Part shown: piece by piece, positions 16,609 to 24,398 of the stretch
How positions within the stretch are numbered: position 1 is the first letter of the stretch
How the letters are laid out: each line of letters starts with the position of its first letter
Virus record (IMG/VR): IMGVR_UViG_3300047551_002158
Length of the DNA: 64,000 nt
Source of the DNA: a virus
Taxonomy: Duplodnaviria > Caudoviricetes
Strand: one strand, 5' to 3'
Position numbers and translations under genes: made by a program
Notes under the pieces: generated by a model
Databases searched by the model: none
What the model was told of the DNA's origin: nothing
What the model saw: only the letters and a program-made list of their open reading frames with translations

Positions 16609-16878
16609 ATGACTTTTTACTGGAAGTTCGTTGATACTCTCATCAAAAACATCGCTACTATCAGTGCCGTTGTTGTTGGTGTAGTTCAATTCCTTGTTCG
16701 TTCGTTCAATGAGAACAATGGTCGTGAGAAAGTTCGTGCTGCAACGCTTCAGTTTCTGAAGTTTGTTGATACTCTGATTGAGTTTGGTAAAGCACAACTT
16801 TCTCCCGTTGAAGTAGTTGAGCAACCTCAAGTTGTACCTGCTACTGTTACCAAAACCCGCAAGCGTCGTGCCGCTTGA
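16609..16878 (+). CDS. small hypothetical protein
   Basis: 89-aa ORF with a hydrophobic segment and a basic tail. Confidence 0.65.
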   Translation: MTFYWKFVDTLIKNIATISAVVVGVVQFLVRSFNENNGREKVRAATLQFLKFVDTLIEFGKAQLSPVEVVEQPQVVPATVTKTRKRRAA

Positions 16879-16890
16879 TGAAGTGTCACA

Positions 16891-16916
16891 AGAGGACTTG
16901 TAAAGTCCTCTTTTTT
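16891..16916 (+). terminator. hairpin with T-tract, overlapping a probable promoter
   Basis: AGAGGACT-TGTAA-AGTCCTCT followed by TTTTT. Confidence 0.7.
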
Positions 16917-16932
16917 ATGTCATTATAAGATT

Positions 16933-17826
16933 ATGCAAAACAAACACATCGAACACCCTGAAGATTCCATCCTGACTGGTGATCTATCAGTTCTGGATTG
17001 GTTTACTGCTCCTTCGCTGGTTTCTGTCAAGATTGATGGAAGTCCCAGTTTAGTGTGGGGTCGCAATCCTGCCAATGGTAAGTTCTTTGTGGGCACTAAA
17101 TCTGTGTTCAACAAAGTGAAGATTAAGATCAATCATTCTCATGAAGAAATTGATGCAAACCATCAAGGTAAAGTAGCATCTATTCTTCACGCTTGTTTCG
17201 ATAGTCTTCCCCGCACACAATTCATCTATCAAGGTGATTTTATCGGGTTTGGTGGGAGTGATACTTATCGTCCCAACACGATTACCTATAAGTTTCCTGA
17301 AGTAATTGAGCAAAGTGTTATTATTGCTCCTCACACTGAGTACATTTGTGAGGATGATCTTCGCAATGCTATCGCACAACCTATCAGCAAACAGTTTGTT
17401 GATACTTATGATGTGAAATGGGTGCAACCTGATGCAGAAATCTGTCCGTATCTGGATGACATTGAGGACTTCTGCAAGTTTGCAAAGCAAATGAGCACAC
17501 TTTGTGAGTTTGTGAGTGATAAGCAAGCAGCAGAACTCAAAAAAATCATCAATTCTTACATTCGTGAGGGTAAGGAGGTGGATGAGCACGAAATTGCAGA
17601 AAATTATGATGTTGACATCAACCTGATGCGTTTGTGGAAGTTGGTTGAATCTATCAAGATGGATTTGTTCTGCTTCATTGAGTGTGACACTGAGATTTCG
17701 TGTGAAATTGGTGGAGAATTGAGCGATCACGAAGGTTATGTGATGCACAATGAGTTTGGTTCTTACAAGATCGTAAACCGTGAAGAGTTTAGCAGACTGA
17801 ACTTCACTCTTGAAAAGAGTTGGTAA
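16933..17826 (+). CDS. hypothetical protein with ligase-like nucleotidyltransferase motifs
   Basis: VKIDGSP (motif I-like), YQGDF, EGYV and YKIV in the order of RNA/DNA ligase motifs. Confidence 0.55.
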   Translation: MQNKHIEHPEDSILTGDLSVLDWFTAPSLVSVKIDGSPSLVWGRNPANGKFFVGTKSVFNKVKIKINHSHEEIDANHQGKVASILHACFDSLPRTQFIYQGDFIGFGGSDTYRPNTITYKFPEVIEQSVIIAPHTEYICEDDLRNAIAQPISKQFVDTYDVKWVQPDAEICPYLDDIEDFCKFAKQMSTLCEFVSDKQAAELKKIINSYIREGKEVDEHEIAENYDVDINLMRLWKLVESIKMDLFCFIECDTEISCEIGGELSDHEGYVMHNEFGSYKIVNREEFSRLNFTLEKSW

Positions 17827-17855
17827 CTCTGGGGCCTTGAAAGTGTCCCTATAGT
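17825..17855 (+). repeat. 31-bp repeat, copy 6
   Basis: Consensus copy, followed by ATGAGCACAACCACAATG. Confidence 0.9.
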
Positions 17856-18152
17856 ATGAGCACAACCACAATGAGTCAATTTATCTGCATTACTTTCGGT
17901 CCTTCTGATGATGTTGTCCGCGATGGTTGGTGGAATCGTAAACAGCGTTTTGATGCTGTAGATGATGCCAAACAGTGTGGACGCCAACAACTCTCACAAC
18001 CTGGAACTTTTGGATATGTTGTCATTGAAGAAGGTGAAGATTGGTGGGAAGTTGTTGATGAACTCGGTGCTCCTGCTCACGCTGTGAGTATCTCTTGCAA
18101 CCGACTTGGTACATTTAAGGTAGAACCTGCTCCTGAACTTATTCTGGTTTAA
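17856..18152 (+). CDS. hypothetical protein
   Basis: 98-aa ORF; the start may be the second ATG (17871). Confidence 0.7.
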   Translation: MSTTTMSQFICITFGPSDDVVRDGWWNRKQRFDAVDDAKQCGRQQLSQPGTFGYVVIEEGEDWWEVVDELGAPAHAVSISCNRLGTFKVEPAPELILV

Positions 18153-18159
18153 TAGTAAA

Positions 18160-18390
18160 ATGACTGTAACTTTTTCTAAAGAGTTCATCAACGATTTCAT
18201 CAGTTATGTGATGTCTTTCTATGGTCCTGATGGCATCTATCCTATGGGCGCAAATCGTACCATAGTGCGTAAAGCAACCAACGATGTTATTCGTATTTCT
18301 AAGATCCAAGGTAGAGAGTTTCGTGGTGATAGTATTGACCGCGAATTTGTGCGAGACCTTTTGATTGACAAATATAATCTGTCCGTCTGA
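18160..18390 (+). CDS. small hypothetical protein
   Basis: 76-aa ORF ending immediately before repeat 7. Confidence 0.7.
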   Translation: MTVTFSKEFINDFISYVMSFYGPDGIYPMGANRTIVRKATNDVIRISKIQGREFRGDSIDREFVRDLLIDKYNLSV

Positions 18391-18421
18391 AACTCTGGGG
18401 CCTTGAAAGTGTCCTTATAGT
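18391..18421 (+). repeat. 31-bp repeat, copy 7
   Basis: AACTCTGGGGCCTTGAAAGTGTCCTTATAGT, followed by ATGAGCACAACCACAATG. Confidence 0.9.
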
Positions 18422-18880
18422 ATGAGCACAACCACAATGCAAGCACAAGCACAACAAACTATCACAGATTCGGTGCTGAAGCATACTCAAATGCTGATTG
18501 AAGCACTGAAAGATAACTATCGTCAGTATGCTATTCGTGGACATCAGCGAGCGATTGAGAACTTCAACTATACTTACGACACTACCGATTCGGTTCAGTC
18601 TCAGTATCATCAGCAGAAGATTGATGAACTCAAGAATGGTGATTGTCCCATTGATTATGTGATTGAAACGGGTAAAAAGTATCACAAAGTTATCTTTGTT
18701 GATGGTGGAGGTTCCCGCTCTGTTCATTGTTTCATTGATAAGAATACTGGAGAATTGTATAAGAGTTCCAGTTGGAAATCTCCCGCCAAAGGTGTTCGCT
18801 ACGATTTGCGTTTGATTAAAGACCGTGAATGGTTGTTTGAGAACGCAGACTGGAGCGGCGGGTACACTTACGCTCGCTGA
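18422..18880 (+). CDS. hypothetical phage protein
   Basis: 152-aa ORF (GKKYHKV...SVHCFIDK.TGELYK.SSWKSPAKGVRYDL). Confidence 0.8.
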   Translation: MSTTTMQAQAQQTITDSVLKHTQMLIEALKDNYRQYAIRGHQRAIENFNYTYDTTDSVQSQYHQQKIDELKNGDCPIDYVIETGKKYHKVIFVDGGGSRSVHCFIDKNTGELYKSSSWKSPAKGVRYDLRLIKDREWLFENADWSGGYTYAR

Positions 18881-18882
18881 TT

Positions 18883-19077
18883 ATGACTATTCTCAACCGC
18901 ATCAATCTCACGCAAGATGAAGAGAACTGTATTCTGTTCTTTCTCAACGATGCGCGAGGACTTACACACTTAAATAATAAAGAACAGTGGTATCCAGTTA
19001 TTGATACCATTCTCCAAAAGTATCTCAAGAAAAAGTATTCTAACCTCACTGAAGCACAACCTTTCCAAACACTATGA
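18883..19077 (+). CDS. small hypothetical protein
   Basis: 64-aa ORF. Confidence 0.6.
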   Translation: MTILNRINLTQDEENCILFFLNDARGLTHLNNKEQWYPVIDTILQKYLKKKYSNLTEAQPFQTL

Positions 19078-19214
19078 AATACGAAGTTAAACTCTATCAA
19101 GGCGGCAAAGTCTTCACTGAAGAAGTGTATGCCAGCACACCCAAAGATGCAAGGGAAACTGCATTGATTAGGAATCCAACTTGTAAGGTCGTTGGTGTTA
19201 ATGCAAAGTTTTGA
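19074..19214 (+). CDS. small hypothetical protein
   Basis: 46-aa ORF read by eye (MKYEVKLYQGGKVFTEEV), ATGA-coupled. Confidence 0.6.
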   Translation: MKYEVKLYQGGKVFTEEVYASTPKDARETALIRNPTCKVVGVNAKF

Positions 19215-19222
19215 GTGATAGC

Positions 19223-19253
19223 AACTCTGGGGCCTTGAAAGTGTCCCTATAGT
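19223..19253 (+). repeat. 31-bp repeat, copy 8
   Basis: Consensus copy, ATG directly adjacent. Confidence 0.9.
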
Positions 19254-19424
19254 ATGACTGAAACTTTCACCGTCCGCTTTGACTCCAACGCTCTGGATTC
19301 TCCAGAGTACATTGGACCTTTCTACTCTGAAGATGACGCACAAAACTATTGCGATGCCCGCAATGATTCGTTATCACTCTCAGGTGTTCCTTCCTGGGTT
19401 GCTTGTTACTCTGTTGTTGATTGA
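19254..19424 (+). CDS. small hypothetical protein
   Basis: 56-aa ORF read by eye (MTETFTVRFDS). Confidence 0.55.
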   Translation: MTETFTVRFDSNALDSPEYIGPFYSEDDAQNYCDARNDSLSLSGVPSWVACYSVVD

Positions 19425-19727
19425 TGATGACACAAACTCAATGGGATGACATTTACACTTCCCTCTACGAAGTGTATGAGAAAGTATCACTGAAGGATGA
19501 GCAAACCCGCTCTACTATTGGTGATGCACTTGACCGATTGATTGACATTAACCCTCGCAACTCTGTGAAGTGATTATGACTTTAACAACCACACAAATTG
19601 ATGCTCTAGTTGCCCTGATTGAGTATCATCAAGATGAAGGATGGTATAACATGATTGAAACTACGGGTCTTCTTGCCTATGAAGGTGGAGAACTTCGTAG
19701 AGAACTTCTCAAAATGCGTGAAGAGGT

Positions 19728-19931
19728 TTGATGATGACTAACGAACAAATCCTACAACTTGCTGAAAATTACAAGTTCTGTTGTCGTGATGAAGATGACA
19801 TTAAAGACTGGAAAGTAATTCCTTCTCTTATTCTTGAGTTTGCCCGAGCAATGTATGATGAGGGTTATGATAGAGGATACGATGAAGGTTACTCAAATTG
19901 TTCTCTTGACATGGGAGATGAGAATGTATGA
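19728..19931 (+). CDS. small hypothetical protein
   Basis: 67-aa ORF with a YDEGY repeat. Confidence 0.6.
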   Translation: MMMTNEQILQLAENYKFCCRDEDDIKDWKVIPSLILEFARAMYDEGYDRGYDEGYSNCSLDMGDENV

Positions 19932-20191
19932 CTTACTCTAACCTCTCCAAGATTCGTCCTAAACTTCGCACACAAGGTAACATCACTGGCAACTTTGGTC
20001 GCCCAAAATCTAAAGCGGGTTCGCCTCTTAATGAACTTGGAATGACTGCTGCTGATGTAGTCAAATGCCCCACACAAGATGAGTATTTGAATCGTTTGTA
20101 TTATGCGTTTGACAATACCACAGACGACAAACTCAAAAAGTTCATTTATCAGGAGATTCGTAAGATACACATTCAACGCGGAACTTGGTAA
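19928..20191 (+). CDS. small hypothetical protein
   Basis: 87-aa ORF (MTYSNLSKIRPKLRTQG). Confidence 0.7.
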   Translation: MTYSNLSKIRPKLRTQGNITGNFGRPKSKAGSPLNELGMTAADVVKCPTQDEYLNRLYYAFDNTTDDKLKKFIYQEIRKIHIQRGTW

Positions 20192-20199
20192 GTATCAGT

Positions 20200-20230
20200 A
20201 ACTCTGGGGCCTTGAAAGTGTCCCTATAGT
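20200..20230 (+). repeat. 31-bp repeat, copy 9
   Basis: Consensus copy, ATG directly adjacent. Confidence 0.9.
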
Positions 20231-20467
20231 ATGAGCAACACAATCGTTTCCGAAATCTACTCCTACCATACGAATTGGAAGGAAGGTAAAGTCAATCAAA
20301 TGTGGATTGAGCAAATCACTGATAAAGAGTGCGACAATCTCTACGTTGCTGTTGCACACAATCCTCGCAATGGTTCGACAATGGAGATGAGCAATCCCCG
20401 CACATCTTACTCCGAAACTCTAAACTGGGTTCGCGGTTATTGCGGCACTTTCTGTATTCTCAACTGA
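20231..20467 (+). CDS. small hypothetical protein
   Basis: 78-aa ORF. Confidence 0.65.
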   Translation: MSNTIVSEIYSYHTNWKEGKVNQMWIEQITDKECDNLYVAVAHNPRNGSTMEMSNPRTSYSETLNWVRGYCGTFCILN

Positions 20468-20600
20468 TGCGAATTGCACTTCTGTTTGCTACACTTTTCT
20501 TCGGTATTCATCTTGGCTCTAATGCACTTGCAACTGTGAGTGAGAAACAAGAACAACGTGCCGAACAATTCTGTAAAGTTAATCCTGATTTCTGCTGATT

Positions 20601-20837
20601 ATGCGTACTCTCACTCTCCAAGTTACTGAAGTTAAGTTTGATTTTGATGAGGATGATTTCAGCATTGAAGATCAACAAACAGTGATTGATTCTGTCGTTG
20701 GTGAAGTCTTTGAGGTTGAAGTTGATGACGATGATGATGACGGAGCAATCGCAGATGCTTTAGTTGAAGAGGTTACAGATTTCACTGGTTGGTGTGTCTA
20801 TTCTCTTGATTTCATTCACATTCTTAACACTCACTGA
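20601..20837 (+). CDS. small acidic protein
   Basis: 78-aa D/E-rich ORF. Confidence 0.7.
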   Translation: MRTLTLQVTEVKFDFDEDDFSIEDQQTVIDSVVGEVFEVEVDDDDDDGAIADALVEEVTDFTGWCVYSLDFIHILNTH

Positions 20838-21006
20838 TGAAACATTCCAACACAGTTCGTATCATCGACAAACTCAATCTGTTCCCTGAAACTAATGGTA
20901 AAGCACGATACATTTCCGTCAAGACATACAATCACGCGATGGAGATTGTAGATGAACAGAACAAACTTGGCAACGTAGCTACACTCATAAATTGGTAAAC
21001 ATCAGT

Positions 21007-21037
21007 AACTCTGGGGCCTTGAAAGTGTCCCTATAGT
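21007..21037 (+). repeat. 31-bp repeat, copy 10
   Basis: Consensus copy, ATG directly adjacent. Confidence 0.9.
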
Positions 21038-21211
21038 ATGAACACTAACCACAACGCAAATCCCTACACTCAGCAGGTTCTCGATAAGGGTCGTGACCTG
21101 CCTAAAGTTTCCGCTCCAAAGCGTACCTTTCCTCTGACGATTGGACTCCGAACCTATCACACTGAGGAACAGTATCAGGAAGCACTTGCTAACTTCATGA
21201 ACGGATATTGA
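21038..21211 (+). CDS. small hypothetical protein
   Basis: 57-aa ORF read by eye (MNTNHNANPYTQQVLDKGRDLP). Confidence 0.55.
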   Translation: MNTNHNANPYTQQVLDKGRDLPKVSAPKRTFPLTIGLRTYHTEEQYQEALANFMNGY

Positions 21212-21216
21212 TAGAA

Positions 21217-21408
21217 ATGATTTATACTTCTCCTCACACAAACAAGGTTTACACTATCATCCCAACTGACAAATACGGGTGGTTTCGTTATGATATTTAC
21301 GATGGAGATACCAAAGTTCAGTTTGCATTAACTGAAGAAGGAATTGCAGATTCCGTTACACATCACGAAGGAATCTATGCTCCCTGGTCTACTTCACGTT
21401 TCGACTGA
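21217..21408 (+). CDS. small hypothetical protein
   Basis: Track ORF 21208..21408; ATG at 21217. Confidence 0.6.
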   Translation: MIYTSPHTNKVYTIIPTDKYGWFRYDIYDGDTKVQFALTEEGIADSVTHHEGIYAPWSTSRFD

Positions 21409-21853
21409 TTATGTTCACAACTGCTGAAATCTCTGCGCTTCAATCACTCATTGAGTTTCATGATGATTGGGATGAAGTAAGCGAACTTCTGGGAACTGAT
21501 ATACACATTCTCTACGAAAAAGTCTGTGATCTTGATAAGGAAGTCGCACAATGATTGAAACTAATTTCTTCATTCTCACGCCCGAACAGTATCAAGAATC
21601 AATGCAAGATGCAGCGATTGAAGGTGTATCAGTTGACTACTATTTGCTGGAGTTTTGTTCAGTTGAAGGCGAATGGGTTGAGGTAGAGAATTGATGGCAC
21701 GCAAAAGTTTAACATTCAAGGCACCAGATAAAGTGAAAGTTCTTACACTACTTTTTGCACTTGCTATCATTTTCTCCCCAACAGTTCGCAACACAACTGC
21801 AAATGTACTTTATGCAACTGCTGACATTTTATCATCCAATTCTCAGTAATCAC

Positions 21854-21884
21854 AACTCTGGGGCCTTGAAAGTGTCCCTATAGT
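21854..21884 (+). repeat. 31-bp repeat, copy 11
   Basis: Consensus copy. Confidence 0.9.
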
Positions 21885-21914
21885 ATAAGCACAACACCCA
21901 ACCAACTTCTCACA

Positions 21915-22238
21915 ATGCGAATCATCGAACGCCAAATGAACAAAGCAATTCTCAACAGCGAGAATTGGAAATCTGCTAACACTGAGGTCATCTATTCTCC
22001 TCGACGTGATGCCTCTTATGTGTATCTTCACGGGAATCATATCGCTACGATTCTTGAAACTTCCATCGCACTTTACACTTGTGGGTATAAGACAAAAACC
22101 ACCAAGTCTCGTCTCAATGCTATTCTTCAAGAGCACGGAAATGGTGCCCGAATCTTTCAACAAAACTTCGAGTGGGTTGTGATTGATACAGACAACAATG
22201 ATCCGATTCCGTTCACTGAAGGTATGATCCTTAACTGA
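21915..22238 (+). CDS. hypothetical phage protein
   Basis: 107-aa ORF (MRIIERQMNKAI...VYLHGNHIA). Confidence 0.75.
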   Translation: MRIIERQMNKAILNSENWKSANTEVIYSPRRDASYVYLHGNHIATILETSIALYTCGYKTKTTKSRLNAILQEHGNGARIFQQNFEWVVIDTDNNDPIPFTEGMILN

Positions 22239-22438
22239 TGTCCCAAGTTCTTCTCCTGTTAAACACTCTCACTGATGAAGAGTTAGCATCACTTTCTGAT
22301 GAACAAATCATCCAAATGATAAACAATCAAGACGAACAATAAGTATAGCAAGAGGAAGGAAGTTTGCCTCTGTGATGTAAAGAAAGTGACTTCCGTAGAG
22401 TATAGATAATTCTCATTCAATAGTGGTTGGTGGGTTAT

Positions 22439-22470
22439 AGAGAGCGGACTGGTAATCCGCTCTCTTTTTG
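22439..22470 (+). terminator. intrinsic terminator-like hairpin
   Basis: AGAGAGCGGA-CTGGTAA-TCCGCTCTCT, then TTTT. Confidence 0.65.
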
Positions 22471-22835
22471 TATGCTTACTTATACCAACATAGACGAAAA
22501 ATGTGTAAATGAAAACAATTAAAAAACGTATTAAAAAATGTATATGAGCGTTGTATCTCTTGCTATGTGTGTATGCTTTATGTGTCTTTATGCGTGTAGA
22601 AGCATATACCAATCCCCGTAACTTATGGTCAATTAAATGCTCTGAGACCCTGTAACTTATGAGCATTTTAATGTCTCTTGGGGTCGTTATTTGTATCCTT
22701 AAAATCCTCTGAGACCTTGTTATCTTACGTCGCAAGCTATCACACTCTCCCCCAATCTGTCAATACCCCCAGCGTCACAAAATCCTCACAATCCCCGCCC
22801 AGGATCCCCCGGAAGGCGCCTAAATACCCCAAGAC

Positions 22836-22865
22836 TTGACACACTACCTCACAGCATATTATAAT
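22836..22865 (+). promoter_or_regulatory. sigma70 consensus promoter
   Basis: TTGACA 22836-22841, 18 nt, TATAAT 22860-22865. Confidence 0.75.
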
Positions 22866-22894
22866 GGTTCCACAACACCCAACGGAGAGCGATT

Positions 22895-23068
22895 ATGTCG
22901 GTTGCGTATCAACAAGCCCAGAAGCAGCGTTATAGGATCACTCTGGAAATGAACGTTCTTGCTGACTTCGATCCACACCAGATTGACTGGGAGAAGTTAT
23001 TCAAACTCGAACCAAGTGAGCGGTGTGAAGCATACGTTGAGGACCTCGATTGCCCTTCTAAGTGGTAG
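22895..23068 (+). CDS. small hypothetical protein
   Basis: 57-aa ORF read by eye (MSVAYQQAQKQRYRITLE), GGAG SD. Confidence 0.7.
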   Translation: MSVAYQQAQKQRYRITLEMNVLADFDPHQIDWEKLFKLEPSERCEAYVEDLDCPSKW

Positions 23069-23079
23069 AAACGCACTTT

Positions 23080-23131
23080 TAGTTTTGTCCCAAAACTTAT
23101 ACATATTAGGGGGTATTTTGGGACAAAACTA
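23080..23131. repeat. perfect 16-bp inverted repeat
   Basis: TAGTTTTGTCCCAAAA (23080-23095), 20-nt spacer, TTTTGGGACAAAACTA (23116-23131). Confidence 0.9.
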
Positions 23132-23298
23132 TGAGACCGAAGAATTACACTTTTCTGGGTACGACAGAAAGAATGCGAGTGCCTTATGTGAAGCAAATGA
23201 GTGCGATCTTAAATGAGTTAAATCGTATCGCAGAGTTAGGTCACGATCCGACCGAATATCTGGAGGAGTTTATAGAGCGTCTGGAGTTGGTTGAATGA
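23131..23298 (+). CDS. small hypothetical protein
   Basis: 55-aa ORF read by eye; its ATG begins on the last base of the inverted repeat. Confidence 0.55.
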   Translation: MRPKNYTFLGTTERMRVPYVKQMSAILNELNRIAELGHDPTEYLEEFIERLELVE

Positions 23299-23329
23299 AA
23301 CTCTGGGGCCTTGAAAGTGTCTCTATAGT
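23299..23329 (+). repeat. 31-bp repeat, copy 12
   Basis: AACTCTGGGGCCTTGAAAGTGTCTCTATAGT. Confidence 0.9.
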
Positions 23330-23351
23330 GTAAGGACAACCCAACCACAAG

Positions 23352-23543
23352 ATGACCACCATTTCCTACATCACCTCTCTCTATTGGTTCGCCTATAGTG
23401 TTATCAGTCTCGCAGAGCAGGATAATGTCCGCTGCACAATGAATGACTGGTGGGAGTACAATATCGGTGCAGATGTGTTCCACGATGATATCTGCCGTGC
23501 GCTTGCTGTTGATACGAAAGCAAAGCAAGTTTACGGTTTCTGA
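23352..23543 (+). CDS. small hypothetical protein
   Basis: 63-aa ORF after repeat 12. Confidence 0.55.
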   Translation: MTTISYITSLYWFAYSVISLAEQDNVRCTMNDWWEYNIGADVFHDDICRALAVDTKAKQVYGF

Positions 23544-23574
23544 GTTACACTTTTCCCACTAAACTTTTCTCCAA

Positions 23575-23820
23575 ATGACTACCACTTTCCAAACCAATCT
23601 GACCGACACTTCCTATAACGGTTGGACGAATTATGAAACCTGGAATGTTGCTCTCTGGATCGGTAATGATGAGGGTCTGTATAACCTTGCCCGTGAGGCA
23701 GGTGATTATCAAACCTTCTGCGATTGCATTGGTTCTGATGCACAAACTCTTGATGGGGTGCGTTATGATGACCCCAAGGTAAATGTGGTCGAAATCAATA
23801 GCGACGTGTTCGACTTCTAA
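23575..23820 (+). CDS. small hypothetical phage protein
   Basis: 81 aa (YNGWTNYETWNVALWI). Confidence 0.75.
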   Translation: MTTTFQTNLTDTSYNGWTNYETWNVALWIGNDEGLYNLAREAGDYQTFCDCIGSDAQTLDGVRYDDPKVNVVEINSDVFDF

Positions 23821-23899
23821 GTAACACAAAGGGGAATGAGATGCGCCCCTATAAAGACACTCACTCAACACACAGTTCATTACACTTTTCTCTCTTATT

Positions 23900-24040
23900 A
23901 TGTCCAAGTCTGTGATGCTTTCCCTGCTGGCACAAGGTAACACTGGCGATGAAATCTTGTCCATTCTGGATACTCTCACCGCTGATAATGTTGCTGATGA
24001 TGCTGATACTCTGGGGACACTGAATACGATCGAGTTCTGA
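23900..24040 (+). CDS. small acidic protein
   Basis: 46-aa ORF read by eye (MSKSVMLSLLAQGNTGDEIL). Confidence 0.55.
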   Translation: MSKSVMLSLLAQGNTGDEILSILDTLTADNVADDADTLGTLNTIEF

Positions 24041-24051
24041 TAGCAACTGTG

Positions 24052-24090
24052 CGCCCCTTGGTTGACACTGAGGGGCGTTTATGTTATGAT
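24052..24090 (+). promoter_or_regulatory. strong sigma70 promoter with stem-loop over -35
   Basis: TTGACA 24062-24067, 17 nt, TGn-TATGAT 24085-24090; stem 24052-24059/24070-24077. Confidence 0.75.
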
Positions 24091-24236
24091 GGCAGATATA
24101 GTGATCCGGCAGGTATTTGCGCGGGTTTGTTATAGGCGCCGCGCGGCGTTGCGTTTATAAAAAAGCAAAAGTCCCTAACCTACAGAGGTGACAAATCGAC
24201 CTCTAAATATCACTCTCTTAAAAATTTTCCGGAAGT

Positions 24237-24398
24237 ATGATTAGTCTTCGAAACCCCCGCACGAAAACCCCCTACTGGAATTTCTGGAAGGTAGTCTTTG
24301 CGGGATGGTTGATACGATATCCTGGGAAAACTCTGAGAATTATCGGAGTGCCCCTTGGATTTCTGATAGTAATGATATATAATGCGGTGACGAAATAA
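24237..24398 (+). CDS. small membrane protein
   Basis: 53-aa ORF read by eye (YWNFWKVVFAGWLIRYPGK...LIVMIYNAVTK). Confidence 0.55.
   Translation: MISLRNPRTKTPYWNFWKVVFAGWLIRYPGKTLRIIGVPLGFLIVMIYNAVTK

Larger units (their letters stand above)
22343..22894. other. long non-coding segment with AT-rich tract, direct and inverted repeats, and C-runs
   Basis: No credible + ORF; GTAACTTATG x2 (22618, 22652); CTCTGAGACC x2 (22640, 22707). Confidence 0.6.

Noticed and set aside
17050-17871. 273-aa minus-strand ORF
   Set aside because: Shadow of 16933..17826. It crosses repeat 6, which yields the recurring reverse-frame peptide (YRDTFKAP or IGTLSRPQS) seen in several spurious minus ORFs.
22430-22480. 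Hairpin with loop CTGGTAA resembling a tRNA-Thr(GGU) anticodon loop
   Set aside because: No acceptor stem or T-arm (no GTTC); the stem is followed by a T-tract, so a terminator is the simpler reading. No tRNA genes were recognised in the window.
22289-22735. 148-aa minus-strand ORF over the non-coding block
   Set aside because: Atypical composition, no SD, and it opposes the uniform + strand organisation; it cannot be fully excluded.
9407-23329. The 31-bp repeats as a CRISPR array
   Set aside because: Inter-repeat distances are hundreds to thousands of bp and filled with ORFs; no cas genes in the window.
9407-23329. TTGAAA in the repeat as a -35 box
   Set aside because: It is only 7 nt from TATAGT, incompatible with sigma70 spacing.
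24008-24016. ACTCTGGGG as a 13th repeat copy
   Set aside because: Only 9 nt match, it lies inside a small ORF, and it lacks the CCTTGAAA and TATAGT parts.
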